Source of the DNA: a virus
Taxonomy: Duplodnaviria; Caudoviricetes
DNA: 33,805 nucleotides
Reading direction: 5' to 3' (one strand)
Virus record (IMG/VR): IMGVR_UViG_3300032074_000022
Location: 1 to 33,805 of that record
In this document: positions 16,094-25,171 of the stretch, one piece after another
Layout of the letters: the number at the start of each line of letters is the position of its first letter
Position numbering within the stretch: position 1 is the first letter of the stretch
Notes under the pieces: model-generated
Databases searched by the model: none
Told to the model about the DNA's origin: nothing
Seen by the model: the letters and a program-made list of their open reading frames with translations, nothing else
Program-made: the position numbers and the translations under genes

Positions 16094-17938
16094 GTGACGT
16101 CTGCGCTGCCTGCTGAGTTCAACACCGTCCAGGTCTACGGCACGTACGTGAACCTGGACGGCACGCCTGCCGTCGGCTACCTGACCTTCGAGGCGTCACC
16201 GGTCATCCTGCGGGCGGGGCTGAGCAAGGACCTCATCGTCCCTGTGGTGCTCCAGGTCAACCTGGACGGCTCGGGATACTTCAGCATCAACCTGCCCGCC
16301 ACCGACGACCCGGACATCAACCCCGGAGACTGGACCTACAAGGTCACCGAGGGCTTCGGTTCACGGCGCGTGTACAACATCGCGGTCCACGTCGCGCAGG
16401 CTCCGAGCGTCAACATCTTCGACCTCGCTCCGATGGAGATCGCCAGCGGCACGTTCTACCTCCAGGGGGAGACCGGCCCACAGGGTCCTCCCGGAGCGGA
16501 TGGCGCTCCTGGTGCCCCCGGCACGAATGGCACGGATGGTGCCCCCGGTGCCCCTGGCCAGGGTGTGCCGGTAGGCGGCACCTCGGGGCAGGTGCTGTCC
16601 AAGAACAGCGCGACCGACTACGACACGGCGTGGACGACGCTGGTCATCCCTCCTGCCTCGCCGGTGAGTCTGACCGGCCGCCCGGTGAATGTGTTCAACA
16701 CCGGCACCACCCAGGCCGACGCGGTCGGTGACGGCACCCTGCACCCGCTGAGCGAGCGGTTCGCCTCGCTGACGGCAGCTCAGGCGGTGTTTCCCACGGC
16801 GACCGCGCTGACACAGTCCATCGACGCGCTCGCGCTCCAGACCGCGCTGAACAACAACTCGGTGGTGGAGGGGCGCATCGACAAGAAGCTGGTCATCGAC
16901 TCCACGGTGTTCGCCAACGTCAGCGGATACCAGACCGTGGCGAACATGTACATGCTGCACAAGCCGAGCACGACGGCGATCACGATGTTCTCATCGGGGA
17001 ACATTCGTGGTGGTGTCGCCAACGTGTCGAGCCCGACCAACGCAGAGGCGCCGGAGTACTTCGGGCTGACCCTGCGGAACATCATCGTGGACGGCAACCG
17101 GCACAACGGGCTGACTGGCTCGGTCACCCCGCTGTACCTGGTGCACTGCTCGGATCTGGTCGTTGAGGACTTCGAGGTCCGTGCGGCGCAGGGCAACGGC
17201 TTCTCCCACTTCGGGTGCTCGGACGCCTATGCCCAGCGGCAGACGTACCGCCGGGTGAAGGTGGTCGACTGCAACGGCACCTACGGCTTCCGCAACTCGC
17301 TGCGGACCCGCAAGGTGCGCTACGACGATCTGGCTGCGGTCAACAACGTCACGCACGGCATCTACTTCGACCACTCCGAGGCGCAGACCAGCAACATCCT
17401 CGCGGCGAACAACGGCAGCCACGGCATCTGGATCAACAACGTGTTCGGCGGCTCGTACACCGGGTTCCGGGCCACCGAGAACGGCCACCACGGGATCTAC
17501 GTGCTCGGGCTGACCGACAGCCAGGGTGCGGACTGGGTGTCGCTGAACAACGGCACGGCCAGCACCGGCTACTCGGATGTGTACTTCACCGCCACCGCTC
17601 AGTCCTACGGTGTCACGAAGAACGCCAGCATCCGCAACCTCACCGTTGGGCGCACGTCCAACAGCAACTTCGGCGACGGTGCCCTCGCCGGTGAGGACTA
17701 CGGCCTGTACGTGGAGGACGGCGTCACCACCGACGTCGACATCGAGGTGCGCCATCTGGCGACGAGCGGGCTGGGCTTCTCCCGGCTGCCCGCGAGCATG
17801 GGCACCCTGGCGGTGCGCGAGACCAAGCCGGGCACGGCGCGGGCGATCACCAAGCTGACCGTGGTCACCATGACGGCGGCGGCCTACGCGGCACTGGCCA
17901 CCAAGGACGCCAACACCCTCTACGTGATCGCGGGCTGA
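16094..17938 (+). CDS. Tail spike / depolymerase-like protein (collagen linker, right-handed beta-helix)
   Basis: N-terminal attachment-like domain, Gly-X-Y run, GG..GQVL.K.S.TDYD..W, repeated NN..HGIY/NG.HGIW rungs, terminal AYAALATKDANTLYVI. Confidence 0.75.
   Translation: MTSALPAEFNTVQVYGTYVNLDGTPAVGYLTFEASPVILRAGLSKDLIVPVVLQVNLDGSGYFSINLPATDDPDINPGDWTYKVTEGFGSRRVYNIAVHVAQAPSVNIFDLAPMEIASGTFYLQGETGPQGPPGADGAPGAPGTNGTDGAPGAPGQGVPVGGTSGQVLSKNSATDYDTAWTTLVIPPASPVSLTGRPVNVFNTGTTQADAVGDGTLHPLSERFASLTAAQAVFPTATALTQSIDALALQTALNNNSVVEGRIDKKLVIDSTVFANVSGYQTVANMYMLHKPSTTAITMFSSGNIRGGVANVSSPTNAEAPEYFGLTLRNIIVDGNRHNGLTGSVTPLYLVHCSDLVVEDFEVRAAQGNGFSHFGCSDAYAQRQTYRRVKVVDCNGTYGFRNSLRTRKVRYDDLAAVNNVTHGIYFDHSEAQTSNILAANNGSHGIWINNVFGGSYTGFRATENGHHGIYVLGLTDSQGADWVSLNNGTASTGYSDVYFTATAQSYGVTKNASIRNLTVGRTSNSNFGDGALAGEDYGLYVEDGVTTDVDIEVRHLATSGLGFSRLPASMGTLAVRETKPGTARAITKLTVVTMTAAAYAALATKDANTLYVIAG
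16466..16564 (+). repeat. Collagen-like Gly-X-Y coding repeat
   Basis: GETGPQGPPGADGAPGAPGTNGTDGAPGAPGQG. Confidence 0.9.
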
Positions 17939-17939
17939 G

Positions 17940-18707
17940 ATGACGGTCGCCTATGTCGGCGCCACCGGTGCCACCTCTGGTGCGGGAACCGCCACCGCGT
18001 CCTCGCTGACCATCGCCTTCCCCGCAGGGGCGCAGGCCGGGAACGTCGCGGTCCTCATTCCCCAGTCGCTGAGTTCCACCGTCGACCTGGCGTCCGTTCC
18101 CTCAGGCTGGACCTACCCGAATGGGGCAGTCGACCGCAACGGCTCCAACGGTTCCTCCTGGCTGCTGCTCAAGCAGCTCACCTCTGCTGACATCACCGCC
18201 GGGTCGGTGACCATCTCCTTCAACGCCGCCCAACGTTGCGTGGCTGAGATGGACGTGTGGACCGGGGTGACCGGCACCGGGGTGCTGACCGCCACCAACG
18301 TCGACACCGCGAGCAACACGTCCGAGCCGCTGCCGAGCATCGCCAATGTCCCGGCGGGCGCGGTGTTCGCCTGGACCTACGCCTACCGTTCGGCGTCGGC
18401 ACAGCCCGACGTGGGTCTAGTCTCCGGCTACACGCAGGGTGGACAGACGACCGCCACCACCTCGCCGTTCATGACCGTCGAGAACCAGTACAAGATCGTC
18501 TCGACGGCGGGCACCTACGGCGGTGAGACGGGCAGCAGCCCTGCGGCTGCCACCGGTGTGTCCTACGCGGTGGCCATCCCGTCCAGTGCACCGCCGCCCC
18601 CTCCGCCCTCGCATATGGACGTGGGCTCGGTCGCGGCGTCCGCGCTCTACCTCGGCTCCACCACCGTCAGTGCGGCCTACGTGGGGTCCACGCAGGTATG
18701 GCCGTGA
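17940..18707 (+). CDS. Minor tail/virion protein
   Basis: S/T/A/G-rich; PSGW motif; terminal LYLGS...AYVGSTQVWP repeat typical of phage fibre ends. Confidence 0.65.
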   Translation: MTVAYVGATGATSGAGTATASSLTIAFPAGAQAGNVAVLIPQSLSSTVDLASVPSGWTYPNGAVDRNGSNGSSWLLLKQLTSADITAGSVTISFNAAQRCVAEMDVWTGVTGTGVLTATNVDTASNTSEPLPSIANVPAGAVFAWTYAYRSASAQPDVGLVSGYTQGGQTTATTSPFMTVENQYKIVSTAGTYGGETGSSPAAATGVSYAVAIPSSAPPPPPPSHMDVGSVAASALYLGSTTVSAAYVGSTQVWP

Positions 18708-18738
18708 CAACTCCTCTCGTCTGCGTGACCGTCAAGGC

Positions 18739-19650
18739 ATGACTCTGAGAGCAATCGACATCTCGCACTTCCAGGGCACACCGAACTTCACCATCGTCAA
18801 GGGCCAGGGCGTCGCACTGGTCTTCAACAAGGCCACCCAGGGCACCGGCTTCCGCGACCCCGTCTACGCCCTCAACCGGCGCAACGAGAAGGCCGTGGGG
18901 CTCACCCCTGGCTCGTACCACTTCGCCCAGGGTGGCGATCCCACCAGCGAGGCCAACTTCTTCTGTGACACGGTGGGCGTGCTGGCCCCCGGCGAGCTGG
19001 TCGCACTGGACTGGGAGATCAGCCACCCCAACCCGGTGCAGTGGAGTCTGGCCTGGCTGAACGTCGTCCAGCAGCGACTGGGTGTGAAGCCGGGGCTGTA
19101 CATCAACAAGTCCACCCTCACCGGCTTCGACTGGACGCCGGTCGCCAAGGCCGACTACTGGCTCTGGCTGGCCAGCTACGACTACGACGCAGCCACGGTG
19201 CCCAACGTCCCCTTCTGGCCCTTTGTGGCGATCAAGCAGTACTCGGACAAGGGCGCGGTCGCTGGTGTCGGTGGCCAGGTGGACCTGGACACCTTCGAGG
19301 GCAACGCGACGGCGCTGGCCCGCTACGGCAAGGCGGGCGTGCCGGTCATCTCCCACCCCGCACCGTCACCGGTGCCACCCCGGCCGCTCCCCAAGCCCGC
19401 TCCGGCCTTCAACGTGCTTGGCTGGCGTGCCACCCAGGGTGCGACCGGTGTGGTGTACCAGCACCTCCAGGAGTGGGGCAACCGGATGTTCCCGGCCTAC
19501 TGCCACATCTCCCCGGTCGCGCCGTCATACGGGCCGCAGACGTCCGCCTTCCTCGCCGAGCTGTGCAAGCGGATGGGCATCAAGAGCGACGGCAAGGACA
19601 TCGGCCCGCTGACCGCGTCCGCCCTCTACAAGCTGGGGTTCCGAGGCTGA
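18739..19650 (+). CDS. Endolysin, GH25 muramidase with Pro-rich linker and putative cell-wall-binding C-terminus
   Basis: IDISHFQG, KATQG, YHF, LDWE, LWLASY, QYS..G...VDLD. Confidence 0.92.
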   Translation: MTLRAIDISHFQGTPNFTIVKGQGVALVFNKATQGTGFRDPVYALNRRNEKAVGLTPGSYHFAQGGDPTSEANFFCDTVGVLAPGELVALDWEISHPNPVQWSLAWLNVVQQRLGVKPGLYINKSTLTGFDWTPVAKADYWLWLASYDYDAATVPNVPFWPFVAIKQYSDKGAVAGVGGQVDLDTFEGNATALARYGKAGVPVISHPAPSPVPPRPLPKPAPAFNVLGWRATQGATGVVYQHLQEWGNRMFPAYCHISPVAPSYGPQTSAFLAELCKRMGIKSDGKDIGPLTASALYKLGFRG

Positions 19651-19651
19651 C

Positions 19652-20431
19652 GTGAGCAGCGTCCGCATCAACCAGCGGCTGGAGACGCCGTACAACCCGG
19701 ACGGGACCCCCGGCACCGTATCCACCGGTGCACCGGGGGCTCCCGGGCGGGCGCCGCTGGCCGAGGAGATCTACGCGGCGGTCACCGAGTACATCGCGGC
19801 CAACCCGATCACCACGCCGACCGCCAGCTCCTCGCTCTCGGAGTTCAACAAGTACGGCTCGGGTGCGACGGGGCACCCGGGCACCTACGTGGACATCGGC
19901 TCACACAGCACCCTCTCGGCCTACGTGACGGCCGGTGGCACCCCGCAGACGATCAACCTGTACCTCCAGGCCAAGAACGGCACGGTGGTCTCCAGCAGCC
20001 CGATGGAGGTGCAGGGGTCGCTCTCCGCACGCGGTGAGGTGGTGCTGCACGACAACACCCTGTGGCTGCGCGAGGACCAGGACTTCAACTACTACGTCGG
20101 GTACCAGGCTGGCTTCGGCACGGTCATCTACGGCACCACGGGTGGCATCGGCAACGGCACCAACAACCTGGGCTGGGACGCCACCAAGTTCACCTACACC
20201 AAGGATGTGGTGGTCACCGGCTCCTGCGCGGTCGCCTCGCCGGTGGTGGGCACCGACACCGCGCTGAGCACGGCGACCGAGATCAAGGCCGCCACCCCAC
20301 GCAAGACAGCGGCCAACCGGCGTGGTTTCGTCCAAAGCGAGCTGCCCACCGACTGCATCGTCAACGGGCAGATCGACGTGCTCGGCGTGCTGGCCACGCT
20401 GTGGGCACAGGTCAAGGCTCTGACACCGTAA
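19652..20431 (+). CDS. Probable minor tail/fibre protein
   Basis: G/T-rich beta segments; C-terminus (RGFVQSELP...LATLWAQVKAL) loosely resembles fibre chaperone tails. Confidence 0.55.
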   Translation: MSSVRINQRLETPYNPDGTPGTVSTGAPGAPGRAPLAEEIYAAVTEYIAANPITTPTASSSLSEFNKYGSGATGHPGTYVDIGSHSTLSAYVTAGGTPQTINLYLQAKNGTVVSSSPMEVQGSLSARGEVVLHDNTLWLREDQDFNYYVGYQAGFGTVIYGTTGGIGNGTNNLGWDATKFTYTKDVVVTGSCAVASPVVGTDTALSTATEIKAATPRKTAANRRGFVQSELPTDCIVNGQIDVLGVLATLWAQVKALTP

Positions 20432-20443
20432 GGGGATGAAGAA

Positions 20444-20647
20444 GTGAAGCAAGTTCCGGCCGACCGTGTGATCGCCCTCCTCACCCAGCAGCTCGCCGAC
20501 CTGCACCGGGAGAACGCCATCCTGACCATCCAGGTGCAACTCCTGGAGGAACAGGCCACCCCTCCGGTCCCGGAGACGGCACCCTCTGCGGTCCCGCTGC
20601 CGCCTGTGCCGTCCAGCACGGACGTGTCTGAGGCAGCCGCCGCGTAA
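20444..20647 (+). CDS. Small coiled-coil protein
   Basis: VIALLTQQLADLHRENAIL. Confidence 0.65.
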   Translation: MKQVPADRVIALLTQQLADLHRENAILTIQVQLLEEQATPPVPETAPSAVPLPPVPSSTDVSEAAAA

Positions 20648-20681
20648 GGACATCGAGCTAGTCCACAGGCACTCTCGGTCC

Positions 20682-20849
20682 GTGGAGCTGAACTGCCCAA
20701 GGTGCGTCAAGCCGACTGCGGTTCACTGCTCCACGGACCAGTGTCTATGGACGGTGTGCGTCCCCTGCGGGGTCATCTACTCCCCGTCCGGCTGCATCCC
20801 TACATGGGATCGGTACGAACGAGAGCAGGGGATCAAGCGTGAGTCTTGA
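20682..20849 (+). CDS. Small Cys-rich protein (55 aa)
   Basis: MELNCPRC...HC...C...CVPC...C; preceded by GACA(-33)/CACTCT(-12) motif. Confidence 0.6.
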   Translation: MELNCPRCVKPTAVHCSTDQCLWTVCVPCGVIYSPSGCIPTWDRYEREQGIKRES

Positions 20850-21159
20850 CTCGGCCACCATGACGGCGTTGATCACGGGCGGCAGCTCGGTGATGGCGGC
20901 GGGTCTGGGCTTTCTGGGTAACCGGATGCACAAGGGTCTGAAGACCACCCAGGAAGTGCGCGACCAGGTGTCCAACGGGCACCAGACCAATCTGCGCGAC
21001 GACATCGACCGCATCATCGACGGCCAGGAGAAGCTCCTGAAGGGGCAGGCCGAGCACACCGCGCAGATCGCCGACCTCCAGGCCGACCTCTCCTGGGAGC
21101 GCCGCGAGCGGTTGGACCTGGCCCGCATCGTGCACGGTGGCCAGACCCCTCTCGGCTGA
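20839..21159 (+). CDS. DUF2746-like lysis-region membrane protein
   Basis: N-terminal TM, QVSNGHQTNLRDDID, coiled coil, ERRER. Confidence 0.75.
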   Translation: MSLDSATMTALITGGSSVMAAGLGFLGNRMHKGLKTTQEVRDQVSNGHQTNLRDDIDRIIDGQEKLLKGQAEHTAQIADLQADLSWERRERLDLARIVHGGQTPLG

Positions 21160-21192
21160 GACAACTCACCCCGGTCTTGGTCCTCTAGGTAC

Positions 21193-21537
21193 GTGATCGA
21201 GACCTTCTTCAGCACCCAGTCCCGCAAGGCGTGGATCGGTGGTGTGGTCGCCGCTGGCCTCACACCCATCCTCCAGCTCGTGGCGGAGGGTGGGCACCTC
21301 TCGATAGGGACCGCCGTCGCTGCGGTCGCCACCGGGGCTCTCACGGCACTCGGCGTCTTCCAGGTGACCAACGAGAAGAACCCTGCCGACCTTGCTGCCG
21401 AGCAGCAGCGCATCCGAGAGGCCGAGGAAGCTGCCTTCGCCGCCGCCAAGGCTCACCTCCCCGGCCCGGTGGCACAGACGGTGGACCACCTGCTGGAGGA
21501 AGCCAGCAAGGACTTCGGCGGCCAGACCATCGAGTGA
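21193..21537 (+). CDS. Probable holin
   Basis: RKAWIGGVVAA..., two TM helices, GVFQVTN, charged tail; near the endolysin. Confidence 0.7.
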   Translation: MIETFFSTQSRKAWIGGVVAAGLTPILQLVAEGGHLSIGTAVAAVATGALTALGVFQVTNEKNPADLAAEQQRIREAEEAAFAAAKAHLPGPVAQTVDHLLEEASKDFGGQTIE

Positions 21538-21540
21538 CCG

Positions 21541-23109
21541 GTGGACACCACACTCCAGATCGCTCGTCCGCCCCAGACGGACGACGAGCTGTACGAGCTG
21601 ATCAAGATCCTCTGGGGTGTGACGATCCCAAGGACGCCGGTCTGCCCAGAGCACTCCACGCCGTTCGCTGCCCTGTCCGAGGCGTACTTCGCACGCGCTC
21701 CTGTCTCCGTCTGGGTTGGCTCGCGGGGTATGGGTGGCAAGAGTCGGACCCTTGCCTACCTGGCGCTGACTGAGGCTGTTCTCCTCGGTGCTGAGATCAA
21801 CCTGCTGGGTGGCTCGCTGGAGCAGTCCAACAACATCGCGGCGGCCATGCGTGAGGGTTGGGACTGGCGGATGGCTCCCCGGCACATGGTCAAGAGCGAC
21901 CACGCGACGAAGCTGAAGCTGACCAACAACGCCCTCGTTCGCCCGCTCACCGCGTCCGAGCGCACCGTCCGTGGTCCGCACCCCCAGCGGCTCCGGCTGG
22001 ACGAGATCGACGTCATGCTGCTGTCCATCCTGGACTCCGCGATGGGTCAGCCGATGCCCGGTCGTGGGCTGGACACCCAGACGGTCATGTCGAGCACCCA
22101 CCAGGTGCCGGACGGGACGATGTCGGAGATCCTCGTCCGTGCCGAGGAGATGGGTTGGCCGGTCCACCGGTGGTGCTACCGCGAGACGGCGAACCCCATT
22201 GACGGCTGGCTCTCCTGGGAGTTCATCAACCGGAAGAAGCAGGAAGTCTCGGCGCACATGTTCAGCGTCGAGTACGACCTCCAGGAGCCCTCGGTCGGCA
22301 ACCGTGCCATCGACACGGCGGCGGTCGAGGCGATGTTCGTCGACACCGATCACGAGAAGGCGACGGACGGGACGATCAAGAGCCCGATCATCCGCAAGAA
22401 CAACGTGGTCGAGTCCTACGTGTTCGAGGAGCCCGCGTACACCGGCGACTACGTGATCGCGGCGGACTGGGCCAAGGAGCAGGACTTCACGGTCATCTCG
22501 GTGTGGCGGACGGACCAGGAGAAGCTGCAACTGGTCGCCTACAAGCGCGGGCAGCGATTCCCCTGGCCGGTGATGGTCGGTTGGTACAACGAGTGGATGG
22601 AGCGGTACCACGCTCGCGGCATCCACGACGGCACCGGGGTGGGCGGCGTGGTCAACGACTACATCGACCGGCGCAGCCAGGCATTCCTGTTCTCCGGGCG
22701 GCAGCGCGACGAGATGCTCACCGAGTACATCGCGGCGGTGGAGCGGGGGCTGGTGGAGGCGCCGAGGATCACCAGCGCCTACACCGCCCACAAGTTCGCC
22801 AGCCACGAGTCGATCTACAACCTGGGCGTGGACAGCCACCTGCCCGACGAGATCGCGTCCTTCGCACTCGCCTGGCGCAAGAGTGGTCGCCGGGTCAAGT
22901 TCGCCGCCCCGGTCACCATGCCGCGCCTGGGCGAGGGTATGACCGACGACAAGGTCACCGACGCCTACGCGCCCACGAGCCCCTGGTCGAACATCGGCGG
23001 CAAGATCGGGATCAGGGACATGGGCGTGTCGTCACTGACACAAGGTGCCTACGCGGAGACCGTGGCTTCGGTACCTCCTGTGGCTCCCGGCTGGGACCTG
23101 GGCCTGTAA
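21541..23109 (+). CDS. Terminase large subunit
   Basis: Walker A GSRGMGGKS, RG + Walker B LRLDEID, SST, nuclease AADWAKEQDFTV, DGTGVG, DEIASFALA. Confidence 0.92.
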   Translation: MDTTLQIARPPQTDDELYELIKILWGVTIPRTPVCPEHSTPFAALSEAYFARAPVSVWVGSRGMGGKSRTLAYLALTEAVLLGAEINLLGGSLEQSNNIAAAMREGWDWRMAPRHMVKSDHATKLKLTNNALVRPLTASERTVRGPHPQRLRLDEIDVMLLSILDSAMGQPMPGRGLDTQTVMSSTHQVPDGTMSEILVRAEEMGWPVHRWCYRETANPIDGWLSWEFINRKKQEVSAHMFSVEYDLQEPSVGNRAIDTAAVEAMFVDTDHEKATDGTIKSPIIRKNNVVESYVFEEPAYTGDYVIAADWAKEQDFTVISVWRTDQEKLQLVAYKRGQRFPWPVMVGWYNEWMERYHARGIHDGTGVGGVVNDYIDRRSQAFLFSGRQRDEMLTEYIAAVERGLVEAPRITSAYTAHKFASHESIYNLGVDSHLPDEIASFALAWRKSGRRVKFAAPVTMPRLGEGMTDDKVTDAYAPTSPWSNIGGKIGIRDMGVSSLTQGAYAETVASVPPVAPGWDLGL

Positions 23110-23316
23110 CGTCTTCCCTGCCCCCGGGCAACCACGAAAGGATCCCTGGTCGGCCGGGGGCGCGGGCACGGTGGTCAGATACCACCAGCTTGGACGAACT
23201 AACGGGTAATCGCAGTCTTGCTCTGGGTTCTGGACCGGACACCAGAGGGGGAACCTGACTGCACCAGCAGCAAGCGAAAGCCCCCCGAGGACTTGGACAT
23301 CCTCGGGGGGCTTTCG
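23070..23316 (+). ncRNA. Candidate structured non-coding RNA
   Basis: Promoter motif GACAC(23037)/GACCGT(23058) with no start codon at +1; nested stems; ends at the terminator. Confidence 0.5.
23275..23316. terminator. Bidirectional terminator hairpin
   Basis: 17-bp perfect stem CGAAAGCCCCCCGAGGA/TCCTCGGGGGGCTTTCG between convergent units. Confidence 0.85.
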
Positions 23317-23321
23317 TGTGT

Positions 23322-23573
23322 TCAGAGTTTGGTGAACTTGTCAGCGATGTAGAGCAGGTTCTCGTTGATGTCTGCGAGGGCTGTCGGCAGTGGGTCGTGC
23401 TGCGTGAGCTTCTCGCGCCACTGGTCTACCTGAGACTCCCAACCCATGTACTGAGACAGGACCTCTCCGACCAAGACGGGATTCTGTTGGTGCTCCAGCT
23501 CGCGGAGCCACATGACGCCCAACTGCACGAGCCTCAGACCTTCGAGACCGTACTCGAAGTCCGCTGGTTCCAT
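23322..23573 (-). CDS. Hypothetical protein, moron-like reverse-strand gene
   Basis: AGGAGG site, extended -10 TGgTAAGAT (23604-23612, minus strand), stop next to the terminator. Confidence 0.75.
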   Translation of the reverse strand: MEPADFEYGLEGLRLVQLGVMWLRELEHQQNPVLVGEVLSQYMGWESQVDQWREKLTQHDPLPTALADINENLLYIADKFTKL

Positions 23574-23671
23574 GCGTTCCTCCTATCGGTTCTGAACCTG
23601 CCTATCTTACCAGTGCGTAGCTAGGCAACACATGCACAGACACGTCTTCACCCCTCGGTGACGATCATGTG

Positions 23672-25171
23672 GTGACTTCTCCCTTCAAGATCGACGGTGT
23701 GCCCGAGGGTCCGGGCGGCATCCCCGACCTGGCGGAGAACGTTGCCACCCCGATGGCGGAGCTGGGTAACACCGGTCTCCGGCGCTGGGGCGGCTACGTT
23801 GACGACGAGTTCCTCCCTGCCCTGCGCGGACGCAAGTCCATCGCGGTCTACCGGGAGATGTCGCTCAACGACCCCATCATCGGCTCCCTGCTGTGGGCCA
23901 TCGACAAGCTGCTGCGCAACGTCACCTGGCGCGTCGACCCGGCTTCCAGCTCGTATGAGGATCAGCAAGCAGCATGGTTCGTCGAGCAGTGCATGGACGA
24001 CATGTCCCACACCTGGGACGACATGGTCAGCGAGATCCTCTCGATGCTCGTCTACGGCTGGAGCTGGCACGAAGTCGTCTACAAGCGCCGGATCGGACAG
24101 GTCCGCTCATCCTCGCTGCGCTCCAAGTACACCGATGGGCTGATCGGCTGGCGGAAGGTGCCGATCCGGGCTCAGGAGACGTTGCTCCGCTGGGAGTTTG
24201 ACGACGAGGGCGGCATCCAGGCGATGGTGCAGCTCGCTCCCCCGGACTACAAGCAGACGACGATCCCGATCCGCAAGAGCCTGTTGTTCCGCACCGCGCT
24301 ACACAAGGGCTCGCCCGAGGGCCTCTCCATCCTCCGCAACGCCTACCGGCCGTGGTTCTTCAAGAAGCGGATCGAGGAGATCGAGGCCATCGGCGTCGAG
24401 CGTGACCTGGCCGGGATGCCCATCGCCAAGGTGCCGGTCGAGCTGTTCAACGCCCCGCCCGGGAGCCGCGACTACCAGACGCTCCAGGCGTTCAAGAAGA
24501 TGGTCCGCTCCATCCGGCGTGACGAGCAGGAGGGCATCGTCATGCCCCTGTCGTACACGCAGACCACCACCGGCCAGGGTCAGCCGGAGTACGACTTCAG
24601 CCTGCTGGCCTCCGGCGGCGGGCGCACCTTCGACACCAACGCGATCATCGAGCGGTACGAGCAGCGCATCCTGATGACGGTGCTGGCCGACTTCATCCTG
24701 GTCGGGCACGAGGGTCAGGGCTCCTACGCGCTGCACACCGACAAGACCGGCATCTTCCGGTCCTCGCTGAACAGCTTCGCCACGGCCATCGCCAACGTCT
24801 TCAACCGGCACGAGATCCCCCGGCTGTTCGCCCTCAACGGGTGGAAGCTCCAGCAGCTCCCGCAGATCATGCCGTCCGACGTGGACGCTCCCGACCTGAC
24901 CGAGCTGGGCACGTTCATGGCCGAGATGACCCAGGCCGGTGCCCAGTTCTTCCCCGACCCGGACCTGGAGAACTTCCTGCGCAAGGCGGCCAAGCTGCCG
25001 CCCAAGAGCCCCGAGACGGCGTACTACCAGGAGCAGGTCAACCAGCAGTCGCAGGCCATGCAGATGGCCCAACAGCAGATGCAGATGCAGTCGATGGGGC
25101 AGGACCCCAACAGCGAGGAAGACCCCGGCAGCGACGGCTCCGGTGACGACCAGAACCAGGAGCAGTTCTGA
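23672..25171 (+). CDS. Portal protein (DUF935/Mu gp29-like)
   Basis: Follows TerL; YREMSLNDPIIG, LSMLVYGWSWHE, PEGLSILRNAYRPW.FK, ERDLAGMP, GSYAL. Confidence 0.85.
   Translation: MTSPFKIDGVPEGPGGIPDLAENVATPMAELGNTGLRRWGGYVDDEFLPALRGRKSIAVYREMSLNDPIIGSLLWAIDKLLRNVTWRVDPASSSYEDQQAAWFVEQCMDDMSHTWDDMVSEILSMLVYGWSWHEVVYKRRIGQVRSSSLRSKYTDGLIGWRKVPIRAQETLLRWEFDDEGGIQAMVQLAPPDYKQTTIPIRKSLLFRTALHKGSPEGLSILRNAYRPWFFKKRIEEIEAIGVERDLAGMPIAKVPVELFNAPPGSRDYQTLQAFKKMVRSIRRDEQEGIVMPLSYTQTTTGQGQPEYDFSLLASGGGRTFDTNAIIERYEQRILMTVLADFILVGHEGQGSYALHTDKTGIFRSSLNSFATAIANVFNRHEIPRLFALNGWKLQQLPQIMPSDVDAPDLTELGTFMAEMTQAGAQFFPDPDLENFLRKAAKLPPKSPETAYYQEQVNQQSQAMQMAQQQMQMQSMGQDPNSEEDPGSDGSGDDQNQEQF

Noticed and set aside
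6-23109. Inteins or introns in DnaE or TerL
   Set aside because: Protein lengths are normal or short, and no splice-junction or homing-endonuclease motifs were seen.
23110-23275. Known self-cleaving ribozyme or riboswitch
   Set aside because: No hammerhead CTGATGA core or other recognisable consensus by eye; left as an unknown structured RNA.
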